Positions 40,080-49,774 of a DNA stretch of 64,000 nt are shown here, one piece after another. Every line of letters begins with the position of its first letter. The stretch's first letter is position 1. The stretch is from Bacillota bacterium. GTDB taxonomy: Bacteria > Bacillota > Dehalobacteriia > UBA4068 > UBA4997. The notes under the pieces were generated by a model. It did no database searches, was not told the origin of the DNA, and worked only from the letters and a program-made list of their open reading frames with translations. Location: NCBI GenBank assembly GCA_021771915.1, contig JAETNY010000004.1:80945-144944 (forward strand). The letters are read 5' to 3'. A program made the translations under genes and the position numbers.

Positions 40080-41891
40080 TTGGATACGTTGGGAAAGAAA
40101 AAATGGTTTTTGCGTGGCTGCCGGGTTGAGGCGTCCCAAATAAGCCAAACCGCCAAAGACTGCGGCATTTCCATGACCGCGGCGCGTTTGCTGGCTGTGC
40201 GTGGTTTGGTTGAGCCATCGGATATTGATACATATTTTGAGCCCACTCTGGATATTTTGCACCCACCGGAACTACTTAAGGATTTAGGTAAGGCCTGTGA
40301 ATTGTTGTTGCAAGCCGTGCGTGCTGGTAAAAAAATTGCGGTGTTTGGTGATTATGATGCAGACGGCATAACATCTACCAGCATTATGACATTGGTATTG
40401 CGTCGGCTGGGCGGAAATGTTGTGTATTATATACCACGGCGTGACAGTGAGGGCTATGGCTTAAATAATGAAGCTGTAAAAAAGTTGGCTGATGACGGAG
40501 TTGAACTTTTACTGACTTTAGATAATGGCATTGCAGCCTTTGAGCAGGTAAAACTGGCCAGGGAGTTAGGTCTTACAGTGATTGTGGCCGACCATCATGA
40601 GGTACCATTTGATATCGGTCCGGAGGGTACTATTTACAAGCTTCCGCCAGCTGATGCGGTTATTGACCCAAAACAGCATGATTGTCCATATCCTTTTAAG
40701 TCAGTTTGTGCTGGTATGCTGGCTTATAAAATGGCCGAGCGTTTATATGAACTTGGTGGTCTGGAATGGCAGCAAGACTATCTTGAATATTTGGTTTTTG
40801 CGGCTATTGCCACGGTTTGCGATATTATGGATTTAGTGGACGAAAACCGTTCGCTGGTTAAATATGCTTTGGCTCATTTGCCAGAAACGCCTAATCTGGG
40901 TTTGCGTGCGCTTTTGGAAGTTAACGGTCTAAACCCAATGCAAATTACATCTTATCATATAGGATTTGTAATCGGACCCTGCATTAACGCCAGTGGTCGT
41001 CTGCAAACAGCTGATTTGGCCGTGAACCTTTTTCTGAGTAATGATTATGCGCAGGCGCAGAAACTGGCACAAACACTGCTGGAACTTAATGAGCGTCGCA
41101 AACAGCTTTCCGCAGAGGGCGTAGATAAGGTTTGCGCTACGATTGAAGCCAGTGGTTTTGCGGAAGATAAGGTTATTTTGGTGCACCAACCAGATTTGCC
41201 TGAAAGTGTGGCCGGCATTGTGGCTGGGCGCATAAAAGAGATATTTGACCGACCGACGTTTATATTGGCTGGTCAGGGAGAACTGGTAAAAGGTTCAGGC
41301 CGTTCGGTTGACGGTTATAATATGTTTAATGCGTTGGTGGAGTGCGGCGACTTGCTGGCAATGTATGGTGGACATTATATGGCTACCGGTTTAACAATAA
41401 ACCGTAATAATATTGCGGAATTGCGCCGGCGTTTAAATCAAAATTGTCAACTTACAATTGAAGAAATGCAGCCGATGATTTATATTGATATGGCGTATCC
41501 GGTGGAGCGCGCATTGTCTGGTATGAGTTTCGCGCAGCTGATAGCGTCGATGGCACCGTTTGGGCATGGCAATCAAGCGCCTTTGTTTGGTGACCGTGAT
41601 TTAGAAGTTCGGCGTATCCAGCTTTTGGGAGCGGAAAAACAGATTATTCGTTTTTATTTTGCTGACCGTTGTCGCCAAGGATTAAATTGCGCTATTTCTT
41701 TTCGCAAAAAAGCGGAATTTGAAGAAATGGTTCTGGCGCAGGGCGGAGATGAAATGTGGCAGCGTTTATTGCGCGGTCAAACGGTTAATTTAGCGGTGGA
41801 TATTGTTTACAGTATTGAGATTAATGAATTTCATAACACTAAGAGTGTGCAGCTGCAAATTAAGGATTTGCGTCTGCATCAAAATAAGTAA
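40080..41891 (+). CDS. recJ: single-stranded-DNA-specific exonuclease RecJ
   Basis: DHH motifs (VFGDYDADGITS, TLDNG, ADHH) and a DHHA1 GGH motif (MYGGHYMATG). The start may be TTG 40089. Confidence 0.93.
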   Translation: MDTLGKKKWFLRGCRVEASQISQTAKDCGISMTAARLLAVRGLVEPSDIDTYFEPTLDILHPPELLKDLGKACELLLQAVRAGKKIAVFGDYDADGITSTSIMTLVLRRLGGNVVYYIPRRDSEGYGLNNEAVKKLADDGVELLLTLDNGIAAFEQVKLARELGLTVIVADHHEVPFDIGPEGTIYKLPPADAVIDPKQHDCPYPFKSVCAGMLAYKMAERLYELGGLEWQQDYLEYLVFAAIATVCDIMDLVDENRSLVKYALAHLPETPNLGLRALLEVNGLNPMQITSYHIGFVIGPCINASGRLQTADLAVNLFLSNDYAQAQKLAQTLLELNERRKQLSAEGVDKVCATIEASGFAEDKVILVHQPDLPESVAGIVAGRIKEIFDRPTFILAGQGELVKGSGRSVDGYNMFNALVECGDLLAMYGGHYMATGLTINRNNIAELRRRLNQNCQLTIEEMQPMIYIDMAYPVERALSGMSFAQLIASMAPFGHGNQAPLFGDRDLEVRRIQLLGAEKQIIRFYFADRCRQGLNCAISFRKKAEFEEMVLAQGGDEMWQRLLRGQTVNLAVDIVYSIEINEFHNTKSVQLQIKDLRLHQNK

Positions 41892-41934
41892 TGGTAAATG
41901 TTAAACAGTTAAAATATAGATAATAGGTAGAGAT

Positions 41935-43275
41935 ATGCAAACAAAAGAAAATATGCAATATTTTATCAAAACATTTGGCTGCCAGATGAATGAGCATGAT
42001 TCGGAGATTATTGCCGGTATTCTGGATAGCGCTGGTTATCAACCGGCAAGCGATATATCTGCGGCTGACGTTATTATAATTAATACCTGTTGTATTCGAG
42101 AAAGTGCGGAAAATAAAATTTGGGGTTATATTGGCAATTTGAAGGCCTGTAAGTATCGGAAGCCGGGGGTTATTTTAGCGGCGGTGGGCTGTATGATGCA
42201 GCAGAAAACGCTGGGCGAATTACTGCAAAGGCAGGGCCGGCATTTGGATATTGTATTGGGAACCTATCAACAGCACCGCCTGCCGGAGTATATTACCAGA
42301 GTTTTGGCTGGTGAAGGGCCGATTGTAGATATTTCTGAGGATAACAGTGATTTTCCAGATGAATTGCCTAGCCGGCGGCAAAGTAGTTTTGCGGCTCAGG
42401 TAAACATTATTTATGGTTGCAATAATTTTTGCTCTTATTGTATTGTACCCTATGTACGTGGTCGTGAACGCAGCCGAGATTTTGCGGCAATTATGGCAGA
42501 GTTGTGCAGTCTGGCTGCTTCTGGTATTAAAGAAGTTATGCTTCTAGGGCAGAATGTAAACTCTTATGGCAAGGATTGGCGGCGCCAGGGCAGAACGGAC
42601 GCACCGGATTTTGCGGATTTGCTTAGAGAGGCTTGTTCTGTGGACGGCTTGGAACGTATTCGCTATATGAGTTCGCACCCACGTGATTTTTCATTAGATT
42701 TGGTGGATACGATAAGTGATTTACCCAAAATCCGCGATTATTATCATTTACCGCTGCAATCTGGTTGTGATAAAATCCTTAAAGCCATGAACCGTGGTTA
42801 TAATACAGACGATTATTTGGCAATTATTGAGCGTATTCGGCAAAAAACACCAACAGCGGCGATAACCACCGATTTGATTGTCGGTTTTCCAGGAGAAACT
42901 GAAGCAGATTTTCAGCAGACGCTTGATTTTGTGAATAAATGTCGTTTTGATGCAGCTTATACGTTCTTATATTCGCCACGCTCTGGCACGCCAGCTGCAA
43001 CTATGGCGGAACAGGTGCCTTTAAATATAAAAAAGAAGCGCCTGCAAAGATTAACCATGCTGCAAAACCAAATAAGCCTGGAATTAAATCAGTCCTATCT
43101 GGGGCGAAAAGTTCAGGTGTTAGTTGAAGGCTTAAGCAAAAATAATTCTGACTTTTATACTGGGCGCACGGCCAGTAACAAAATTGTTATTTTTAAAGGA
43201 CAGCCGGAGCAGATTGGCCAAATTGTAGATTTAACCATTAGCGGTGCTAAAACCTGGCATTTAGAGGCTCTATAA
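41935..43275 (+). CDS. miaB: tRNA (N6-isopentenyl adenosine(37)-C2)-methylthiotransferase MiaB
   Basis: UPF0004 N-terminal domain (TFGCQMNEHDSE), the radical-SAM motif CNNFCSYCIVP and a C-terminal TRAM domain. Confidence 0.94.
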   Translation: MQTKENMQYFIKTFGCQMNEHDSEIIAGILDSAGYQPASDISAADVIIINTCCIRESAENKIWGYIGNLKACKYRKPGVILAAVGCMMQQKTLGELLQRQGRHLDIVLGTYQQHRLPEYITRVLAGEGPIVDISEDNSDFPDELPSRRQSSFAAQVNIIYGCNNFCSYCIVPYVRGRERSRDFAAIMAELCSLAASGIKEVMLLGQNVNSYGKDWRRQGRTDAPDFADLLREACSVDGLERIRYMSSHPRDFSLDLVDTISDLPKIRDYYHLPLQSGCDKILKAMNRGYNTDDYLAIIERIRQKTPTAAITTDLIVGFPGETEADFQQTLDFVNKCRFDAAYTFLYSPRSGTPAATMAEQVPLNIKKKRLQRLTMLQNQISLELNQSYLGRKVQVLVEGLSKNNSDFYTGRTASNKIVIFKGQPEQIGQIVDLTISGAKTWHLEAL

Positions 43276-43352
43276 TCGTAAAATGAAAATATGCTATAAA
43301 TTGTCTGCAAAAAAAATACTTTTAGTATTGTAATTTTAGGGGGAATAGCTAT

Positions 43353-44228
43353 ATGGCATTGCAAACTCCGCTTTTTGGTTGCGGCGGCAATAGCGATAGC
43401 TTTTATGCAGCCGGATTTAAGAGTTCATTAAACGCCTGTGAGTATCTGTATGGCATGGGGCTTTCAGCTTATGAATATGAATGTACGCATGGGGTCCGAC
43501 TTAGCAATGCTTTTTGTGCTTCTCTGGGCAAAACAGCTCGTGATTTTGCAATACATTTAAGTATTCATGCTCCTTATTATATTAATTTAGCCAGCGAAGA
43601 TATGGTAATCAGGCAGAAGAGTATTCTGCATATATTGAAAACACTGCGCGCGGCGGAACAGATGGGTGCGGAAAGAGTTGTTTTTCACCCTGGAACGCAA
43701 GGAGAATTAACGCGTGAGCAGGCTATGGAAAATGCTGAAAATTTGCTGGAAGAAATTATTTTTCAAGCTAGACGAGATGAGTTATTAAACGGCGTTTTGC
43801 TTTGCCCCGAAACCATGGGAAAGCCAGGACAGTTGGGTACTTTAGGCGAGGTTCTGCGGCTTTGTGAGGTAGCGGATTGTGTGCGGCCGACTGTGGATTT
43901 TGCACATATTCATGCTTTGACCGGCGGCCGACTGACCTCTACTCGGGAATTTGAACGTCTATTGTTGAAAATTGCCCGGCGATTGGGTGAAGAAGCTGTC
44001 CGGTTGCTGCATATACATTTTTCACCGATAGAATTCGGTAAGCAAGGGGAAATAAGACATCGTTCTTTGCTGGATAAGGGGTATGGGCCGGAATTTGAGT
44101 TTTTAGCGCCGCTTTTAGTGGAAAATAAACTAACACCGACTATAATTTGTGAAAGTGCCGGTCGACAAGCCGAAGACGCTGTAATCTTTCAGGGTATATA
44201 CACCAGTATGCAGGAAAATATGCGTTAA
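43353..44228 (+). CDS. TIM-barrel protein of the AP endonuclease 2 / xylose isomerase-like family (endonuclease IV-like)
   Basis: Barrel motifs HAPYYINLAS, VVFHPG and DFAHIHA. Confidence 0.7.
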   Translation: MALQTPLFGCGGNSDSFYAAGFKSSLNACEYLYGMGLSAYEYECTHGVRLSNAFCASLGKTARDFAIHLSIHAPYYINLASEDMVIRQKSILHILKTLRAAEQMGAERVVFHPGTQGELTREQAMENAENLLEEIIFQARRDELLNGVLLCPETMGKPGQLGTLGEVLRLCEVADCVRPTVDFAHIHALTGGRLTSTREFERLLLKIARRLGEEAVRLLHIHFSPIEFGKQGEIRHRSLLDKGYGPEFEFLAPLLVENKLTPTIICESAGRQAEDAVIFQGIYTSMQENMR

Positions 44229-44238
44229 TTTAGGGCGT

Positions 44239-44370
44239 TGTATAAACAGAATATTGCAAAAAAACTAAAAAAAGGCGGTTAAATTCATTTTTTTAGCAGG
44301 AATTTTCTGTATAAACAGCGAAAACTTTTTGAAAGTAAGAAAAAGGGAAGTAAAAAAGCTTGTATAAAAG
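44239..44370 (+). repeat. three copies of TGTATAAA(C/A)AG upstream of the sdh/frd operon: candidate regulator sites
   Basis: TGTATAAACAG at 44239-44249 and at 44309-44319, and TGTATAAAAG at 44361-44370. Confidence 0.35.
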
Positions 44371-44385
44371 AAAGGGGATAAAAAA

Positions 44386-44994
44386 TTGTCTAAATTAAGC
44401 TTTTTCCTGCGGCGCTTTCATTCTTTGATAGCCCTGATACCACTGGGTATCTTCGTATTTGTTCATTTTATGCTTAACAGCTCAATTTTCCTGGGTAATG
44501 AAGCATATATGAACATGGTTAATTTCATGAAACATGCGCCGTTTGTTATTGTTTTGGAACTTGTGCTTATTGCCATTCCGCTTATTTTTCACGGTCTTTA
44601 CGGCATTTATATTGTATATTTAGCTAAAAATAATGCTTTGCAATATAAATATTATCGTAATGTCGCTTTTTATTTGCAAAGAATTACCTCTCTGATTATG
44701 CTTGCCTTTCTGGTTTGGCATGTTTACACCCTGCGTATTGCCGGTGGGGGCACAGAAGATGTTTATGGTATATTAATTTCAACGTTGCAAAACCCTGTTG
44801 GCTTTATTCTTTATGTTGTTGGTATTGTGGCCTCTATTTATCATCTTACTAACGGTATTTTTACATTCTGTATCACTTGGGGTATTTGCGTGGGCGATAG
44901 AGCGCAAAAGTTTTTTGCAACCTGTGCCATTCTGCTTTTTGTGGTAATGTCTATTTGGGCTGTTGGTATTTTGCTGGCATTGGCGGCAGCGTAG
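44386..44994 (+). CDS. sdhC: succinate dehydrogenase/fumarate reductase cytochrome b subunit (b558, five-TM type B)
   Basis: 202 aa with five TMs and conserved His residues in the helices. It lies directly upstream of the flavoprotein subunit. Confidence 0.85.
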   Translation: MSKLSFFLRRFHSLIALIPLGIFVFVHFMLNSSIFLGNEAYMNMVNFMKHAPFVIVLELVLIAIPLIFHGLYGIYIVYLAKNNALQYKYYRNVAFYLQRITSLIMLAFLVWHVYTLRIAGGGTEDVYGILISTLQNPVGFILYVVGIVASIYHLTNGIFTFCITWGICVGDRAQKFFATCAILLFVVMSIWAVGILLALAAA

Positions 44995-45013
44995 AGTTAA
45001 GGGGGAATATATT

Positions 45014-46747
45014 ATGGCAAAAACAAAAGCAGTGGTTGTTGGCGGCGGTTTGGCCGGTCTGATGGCCACATTAAAAATAACAGAAAAAAATATTCCTGTT
45101 GATTTAATTTCTCTGGTGCCGGTTAAGCGTTCTCACTCGGTTTGCGCACAGGGTGGTGTTAATGCGGCTTTGGATACTAAAGGCGAGCATGACAGCATTG
45201 ACCAGCATTTTTATGATACAGTTTATGGCGGCGATTTTCTGGCTAATCAGACGCCAGTACGTGGTTTGGTGGAAAATGCGCCGGGGTTGATTTATGCTAT
45301 GGACCGAATGGGTGTAATGTTTACGCGTACCAGCGAGGGCCTGCTTGATTTGCGGCGGTTTGGCGGCGTAAAAAATCATCGTACCGCTTTTGCCGGCGCT
45401 ACCACTGGCCAGCAGCTGCTTTACGCGCTGGACGAGCAAGTTCGTTATAAAGAGGTCTTGGGTCTGGTTAATAAATTTGAAAACTGGGAAATGATTGATT
45501 TGCTGATTGATGATAATGAAGTCTGCAAAGGTGTTGTTGCCCAGAATTTAGCTACCATGGAGATTAAGGAATTTGTAGCAGACGCTGTGGTGATTGCCAC
45601 AGGTGGCGCCGGTATGATATATGGTCGTTCCACTAACTCCATTATCAATACTGGTTCGGCAGCGGCGATTTTATATCAGCATGGCATTCCTTTTGCAAAT
45701 GGCGAGTTTGTGCAAATTCACCCAACAGCTATGCCCGGTGATGATAAATTGCGCCTGATGTCTGAGTCGGCACGTGGCGACGGCGCACGTATCTGGACCT
45801 ATAAAGACGGCAAACCGTGGTATTTCCTGGAAGAAAGATATCCCTCATATGGTAATTTGGTGCCGCGTGATATTGCTGCCCGGGAGATTTATGATGTTTG
45901 CGTAAATATGGGCTTGGGCGTGGACGGCAAAAACATGGTTTATTTAGATTTAAGTCATTTACCAACGGACTTTTTGAATAAGCGCCTGAAAGGTATTATG
46001 GATATTTATGAAACTTTCTATGGCGATGACCCACGCAAAGTGCCGATGAAGATTTTTCCGGCGGTGCATTATTTTATGGGTGGTATTCATGTTAACTGGG
46101 AGCATCAAACTCGTATTCCTGGTTTGTTTGCAGCCGGTGAATGTGATTATATGTATCATGGCGCTAACCGTTTGGGTGCTAACTCACTGCTTTCCGCTAT
46201 GCATAGTGGCACAGTTGCCGGCCCGGCTGTGGTTAAATATATTAATGGATTAAAAGCTACTGCTGCGGAAACTATTGGTAATTTGGCCGAACAGGTTGTA
46301 AAGAAACAGCAAAATGAGCATGAAAAGCTGATGAAGATGGAAGGCAATGAAAACCCCTATAAACTGCATGATGAAATGAGCGATATTATGTATCGCAATG
46401 CAACTATTGTACGTATCAACAAGGATTTGCGAGAAACCGACGTTAAACTGCAAGAATTTCAGCAACGCTGGAAAAATATCAATGTTACTGATATGGGCGG
46501 TTATTCCAACCAGACTGTTATGTATGTGCGTCAGCTGCGTGGCATGATGGATTTGGCAAGGGTAATAGTGGGCGGCGCTTTGCGGCGTGATGAAAGTCGT
46601 GGTTCACATTATAAACCGGAATTTCCAAAACGTGATGATGAGAACTTCCTGAAGACAACGCTGGCTACTTATAAAAACGGTAATCCAGAGTTTAGCTGGG
46701 AAGAAGTTGATATCAGTTTGTTAAAACCTGTCGAAAGAAAATATTAA
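45014..46747 (+). CDS. sdhA: succinate dehydrogenase/fumarate reductase flavoprotein subunit
   Basis: FAD-binding VVGGGLAGL, the covalent-FAD region RSHSVCAQGG, and HPTA and GANRLGANSLL. ATG 45014 follows RBS AAGGGGG, and the ORF-track start at 44963 overlaps sdhC. Confidence 0.95.
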   Translation: MAKTKAVVVGGGLAGLMATLKITEKNIPVDLISLVPVKRSHSVCAQGGVNAALDTKGEHDSIDQHFYDTVYGGDFLANQTPVRGLVENAPGLIYAMDRMGVMFTRTSEGLLDLRRFGGVKNHRTAFAGATTGQQLLYALDEQVRYKEVLGLVNKFENWEMIDLLIDDNEVCKGVVAQNLATMEIKEFVADAVVIATGGAGMIYGRSTNSIINTGSAAAILYQHGIPFANGEFVQIHPTAMPGDDKLRLMSESARGDGARIWTYKDGKPWYFLEERYPSYGNLVPRDIAAREIYDVCVNMGLGVDGKNMVYLDLSHLPTDFLNKRLKGIMDIYETFYGDDPRKVPMKIFPAVHYFMGGIHVNWEHQTRIPGLFAAGECDYMYHGANRLGANSLLSAMHSGTVAGPAVVKYINGLKATAAETIGNLAEQVVKKQQNEHEKLMKMEGNENPYKLHDEMSDIMYRNATIVRINKDLRETDVKLQEFQQRWKNINVTDMGGYSNQTVMYVRQLRGMMDLARVIVGGALRRDESRGSHYKPEFPKRDDENFLKTTLATYKNGNPEFSWEEVDISLLKPVERKY

Positions 46748-46760
46748 GGAGGGGAATGTT

Positions 46761-47537
46761 GTGGTTAACTTAAAAGATGTGCAGTATATTAAATTGAAGA
46801 TTAAGCGCCGTAACAGTCCGCAAGAGGCTTCTTATTGGCAGGATTTTCAAATTCCATATCGTCCAAATATGAATATTGTTTCTGTTTTGATGGAAATTCG
46901 CAAAAATCCAGTTACCGCTGATGGTCAGAAAGTAAACCCAGTGGTTTGGGAATGTAACTGTTTGGAGGAAGTTTGCGGCGCTTGCACCATGCTGATTAAC
47001 GGTGTACCGCGTCAGGCTTGCGCTGCTTTGACTGATAAGTTGATTGAAAAATATGGTGACCGTCCTATTCAGCTGGAGCCTTTAACTAAATTTCCGGTTA
47101 TTCGCGATTTGATGATTGACCGTAATAAAATGTTTGATAACTTGAAACGAGTGCGCGCATGGGTGCAAGTTGACGGCTCCTGGACGATTGGCCGCGGCCC
47201 ACGTTTGGCTGAAAAAGACCAGCGTATCGCTTATGAGATTTCTCACTGCATGACCTGTGGCTGTTGTTTGGAGGCTTGCCCCAATTATAACGCTAAATCT
47301 GATTTTGTTGGACCGAATGCTATTGCTCAGGTTCGTATGTTCAATCTGCATGCAATTGGTCGTATGCAGGCCGATGAACGCCTGGAAGCTTTAACCGATA
47401 AGGGCGGTTTACAGGATTGCGGCAATTCCCAGAACTGTAAACAGGTTTGTCCCAAGCATATTAATCTAACTGCCCATATTGCAGCAATGAATCGTGCTGC
47501 TAATGCGTATGTTTTGCGCAGTTTTCTGGATAAATAA
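46761..47537 (+). CDS. sdhB: succinate dehydrogenase/fumarate reductase iron-sulfur subunit
   Basis: Cys clusters CNCLEEVCGAC, CMTCGCCLEAC and CQQVCPK-like CKQVCPK. Confidence 0.93.
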   Translation: MVNLKDVQYIKLKIKRRNSPQEASYWQDFQIPYRPNMNIVSVLMEIRKNPVTADGQKVNPVVWECNCLEEVCGACTMLINGVPRQACAALTDKLIEKYGDRPIQLEPLTKFPVIRDLMIDRNKMFDNLKRVRAWVQVDGSWTIGRGPRLAEKDQRIAYEISHCMTCGCCLEACPNYNAKSDFVGPNAIAQVRMFNLHAIGRMQADERLEALTDKGGLQDCGNSQNCKQVCPKHINLTAHIAAMNRAANAYVLRSFLDK

Positions 47538-47552
47538 GCAGGAGCAAACAAA

Positions 47553-48425
47553 ATGAATACGTTGATTAATTCTATTCAAACTGTTCAAAGCAATAGTTTA
47601 CCTGCAAAATCTGTATATAATAATTCAACTTCAAAGACATTTTTGGATATGGCAACGGAGCTTTCTGATTCTTATACAGCTAAAGCGGAAACAGTTAATT
47701 TGCAGGAGATGCTAACGCAAGAATATCCTAATTTGGTTTATCATGTTTTTGATGCCAGTAGTAGTTATTGGCAAACAAGAAATGATTATCCGCATTATTT
47801 GTTATATCAGTCTGGAGATAAAGCGGCAGAAACTTTGGAAAATTGGCAGCCAACTGGCTCAAATCCTTTTTATGGTTCTGTTGACGGCAGGTTTATTGCT
47901 TCAAAGGAGATTCTGGCTTTAAGCAAAGTGCCGCCGGGCAGTAAGGCTGTGGTTATTCACCCTGCTGTTCAGGAGCGCATGGAGCAAAACCCAGAATATG
48001 CTTATGAAATTATGGCCAAAATTGATACTTGGTTTACTTTTGATGCTGCTCGTAATGAAGCAATTTTGCCAGGTACTTCGCTCGGTATATCACAGGCTGT
48101 TGCTATTGGTGAGGACGGAAATATTGTTAATGCTGTATCTTCCAGTCAACCTCGTTTCAGCTTCTCTCAAGGTAGCGATGAAATGATTCAGGCTTATTAT
48201 CTGCGTATGGCTAAAAGAGCAGAGTTTATGGAATATTTGCATAAAGAACAGTTAGAAAACAGTATTTGGTTAGCTAATTTGCAGAAAACAGCAAATTCTC
48301 GTTTGCAAATTCTTGATTTGCTGCAAAATAAGGATTTGCAGCAGGTTTTTGGTGATATAATCGCTGGTATGCCAACAGAAGCAGTTCTGGCTTTAACTCA
48401 GGAACAAATTTTTGGTACAAAATAA
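47553..48425 (+). CDS. hypothetical soluble protein (290 aa) appended to the sdh/frd operon
   Basis: The ATG lies 15 nt after the sdhB stop, with RBS AGGAG, and a terminator follows. I see no TM or signal peptide and recognise no family. Confidence 0.6.
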   Translation: MNTLINSIQTVQSNSLPAKSVYNNSTSKTFLDMATELSDSYTAKAETVNLQEMLTQEYPNLVYHVFDASSSYWQTRNDYPHYLLYQSGDKAAETLENWQPTGSNPFYGSVDGRFIASKEILALSKVPPGSKAVVIHPAVQERMEQNPEYAYEIMAKIDTWFTFDAARNEAILPGTSLGISQAVAIGEDGNIVNAVSSSQPRFSFSQGSDEMIQAYYLRMAKRAEFMEYLHKEQLENSIWLANLQKTANSRLQILDLLQNKDLQQVFGDIIAGMPTEAVLALTQEQIFGTK

Positions 48426-48429
48426 TATA

Positions 48430-48463
48430 AAAGCGGCTTTGGTAAATCCAAAGTCGCTTTTTG
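48430..48463 (+). terminator. Rho-independent terminator ending the sdh/frd-orphan transcription unit
   Basis: AAAGCGGCTTTGG pairs with CCAAAGTCGCTTT, followed by TTGT. Confidence 0.75.
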
Positions 48464-48542
48464 TATGAACACTTATTGACTGGTAATGTCACTTTAGTAA
48501 ACGCAGACAGCGACACAAAGTTAGTCCCAAAACTATTTTAAC

Positions 48543-48989
48543 TTAATATCTTCGGCTTAACTTATAGTATGTTATCAGGTAAATTAAAATCTGCAAAATA
48601 AAGTAGAGTCCCAAATAAATTATAAACAGGCGATTGCTTATTACAATATCTAAAGCGTTTAATATTGAAAAAATAAAAATTGAAATGCTGCCTATCAATA
48701 AGCCGAACAAAAAAGTAATACGTCCAGATTTATCTCGCAATTTTACTTGTAATTCATCATGCAGCATAATTTTTTCCTGGGATATTTTTTCCTGATATCT
48801 AGGTATATTTTTAGGTCTGGTCCAGTAAAAGAATTTTATAATCATTATCAGACCAGGTGTAATCAAAGCAAAAGCAAAGCCAAAAAGTAGGGCATTAAGT
48901 TTACTTTCTACTTGGCTAATAGAATAAATTGCTAAAATAATGCCTAAAAATACGTAAATAATACCAATTTTTAAATTATTTTTGCTCAT
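48543..48989 (-). CDS. small four-TM membrane protein coupled to an XRE regulator (DUF2178-like arrangement)
   Basis: 148 aa with four predicted TMs. The ATG lies 3 nt after the XRE stop, with RBS AAGGAG. Confidence 0.65.
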   Translation of the reverse strand: MSKNNLKIGIIYVFLGIILAIYSISQVESKLNALLFGFAFALITPGLIMIIKFFYWTRPKNIPRYQEKISQEKIMLHDELQVKLRDKSGRITFLFGLLIGSISIFIFSILNALDIVISNRLFIIYLGLYFILQILIYLITYYKLSRRY

Positions 48990-48992
48990 TTT

Positions 48993-49196
48993 TTACTCCT
49001 TTATTTTTTCATGTATAAATATTTCCTCGATACTTTTGCCGAAAAAATCTGCTATCACAAAGGCCAACTCCAAAGAGGGATTATATTTGCCATTTTCAAT
49101 AGAACTTACAGTCTGACGGGAAACTTTGATGGCCCTGGCAAAAGCCTCCTGATTTAGGCCCAGTTTTTTCCGCATTTCCTCAACGCGATTTTCCAC
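48993..49196 (-). CDS. small XRE/Cro-C1-type HTH transcriptional regulator (YozG-like, 67 aa)
   Basis: HTH_3 signature LGLNQEAFARAIKVSRQTVSSIENGKYNPSLELA. GTG start with RBS AAGGAGG. Confidence 0.9.
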   Translation of the reverse strand: MENRVEEMRKKLGLNQEAFARAIKVSRQTVSSIENGKYNPSLELAFVIADFFGKSIEEIFIHEKIKE

Positions 49197-49231
49197 GGGA
49201 AACCTCCTTTCTTATAAATAATTTAATTACC

Positions 49232-49295
49232 GTCAAGTTTCCTTTACATTTGTATTCTAGCATAATAAAAGAATTTTGTCAAGGAAACTTTACAT
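49232..49295 (-). promoter_or_regulatory. minus-strand promoter plus two operator-like repeats for XRE module 1
   Basis: On the minus strand: TTGACA (49282-49277), a 17-nt spacer, then TAGAAT (49259-49254). The repeats GTCAAGTTTCCTTTACAT (49232-49249) and GTCAAGGAAACTTTACAT (49278-49295) share flanks and have an inverted 4-nt core. Confidence 0.55.
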
Positions 49296-49325
49296 ATTTT
49301 TATTATAAAAAATACCTTTTCAAAA

Positions 49326-49388
49326 TGTCAAAAGTTATTGACATTTTTTTGTTTTGGCTATATAATAAAAAGTAAAGAGTTCTTTACT
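49326..49388 (+). promoter_or_regulatory. consensus promoter of XRE module 2 flanked by two palindromes
   Basis: TGTCAA-N6-TTGACA (49326-49343) contains the -35 TTGACA. A 17-nt spacer leads to TATAAT (49361-49366). An 8-2-8 palindrome, AGTAAAGAGTTCTTTACT, follows at 49371-49388. Confidence 0.6.
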
Positions 49389-49408
49389 TTTAGAAAGGAT
49401 AAAATGTC

Positions 49409-49774
49409 ATGAAACAAATTTTACAGAGGTTAGGCTTCCGCAAAATAGATGAAATGGAGCAATATATCATTTTTAAGTCGCAACGCAATGCCTACCTGTT
49501 TTTGATTGCTGTTCTTTTTATTTGGTCACTATATGAGAGCTATAAGGTTTATGTATATCACGGCAGATTAAATCTATTTCCTTGTTTGCTTTTGGTAACA
49601 GCATGTTTAATTCAAACTTTTTCCCAGCTTATATTAATGCATAATGCTGTAAAAGATGATGATGAGTCTTTTATGAATGGGCCATTAGTAAAAATTATCG
49701 TATTATCCTGTGCGGTGTTTAGTATTCTGGCTGCTATTGTTGCCTCATTTCTGTTTATGGGTGTTAGGGCATGA
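49409..49774 (+). CDS. small three-TM membrane protein, first gene of XRE module 2
   Basis: 121 aa and hydrophobic. RBS GAAAGGA. Its end overlaps the next gene by 4 nt (ATGA). Confidence 0.6.
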   Translation: MKQILQRLGFRKIDEMEQYIIFKSQRNAYLFLIAVLFIWSLYESYKVYVYHGRLNLFPCLLLVTACLIQTFSQLILMHNAVKDDDESFMNGPLVKIIVLSCAVFSILAAIVASFLFMGVRA

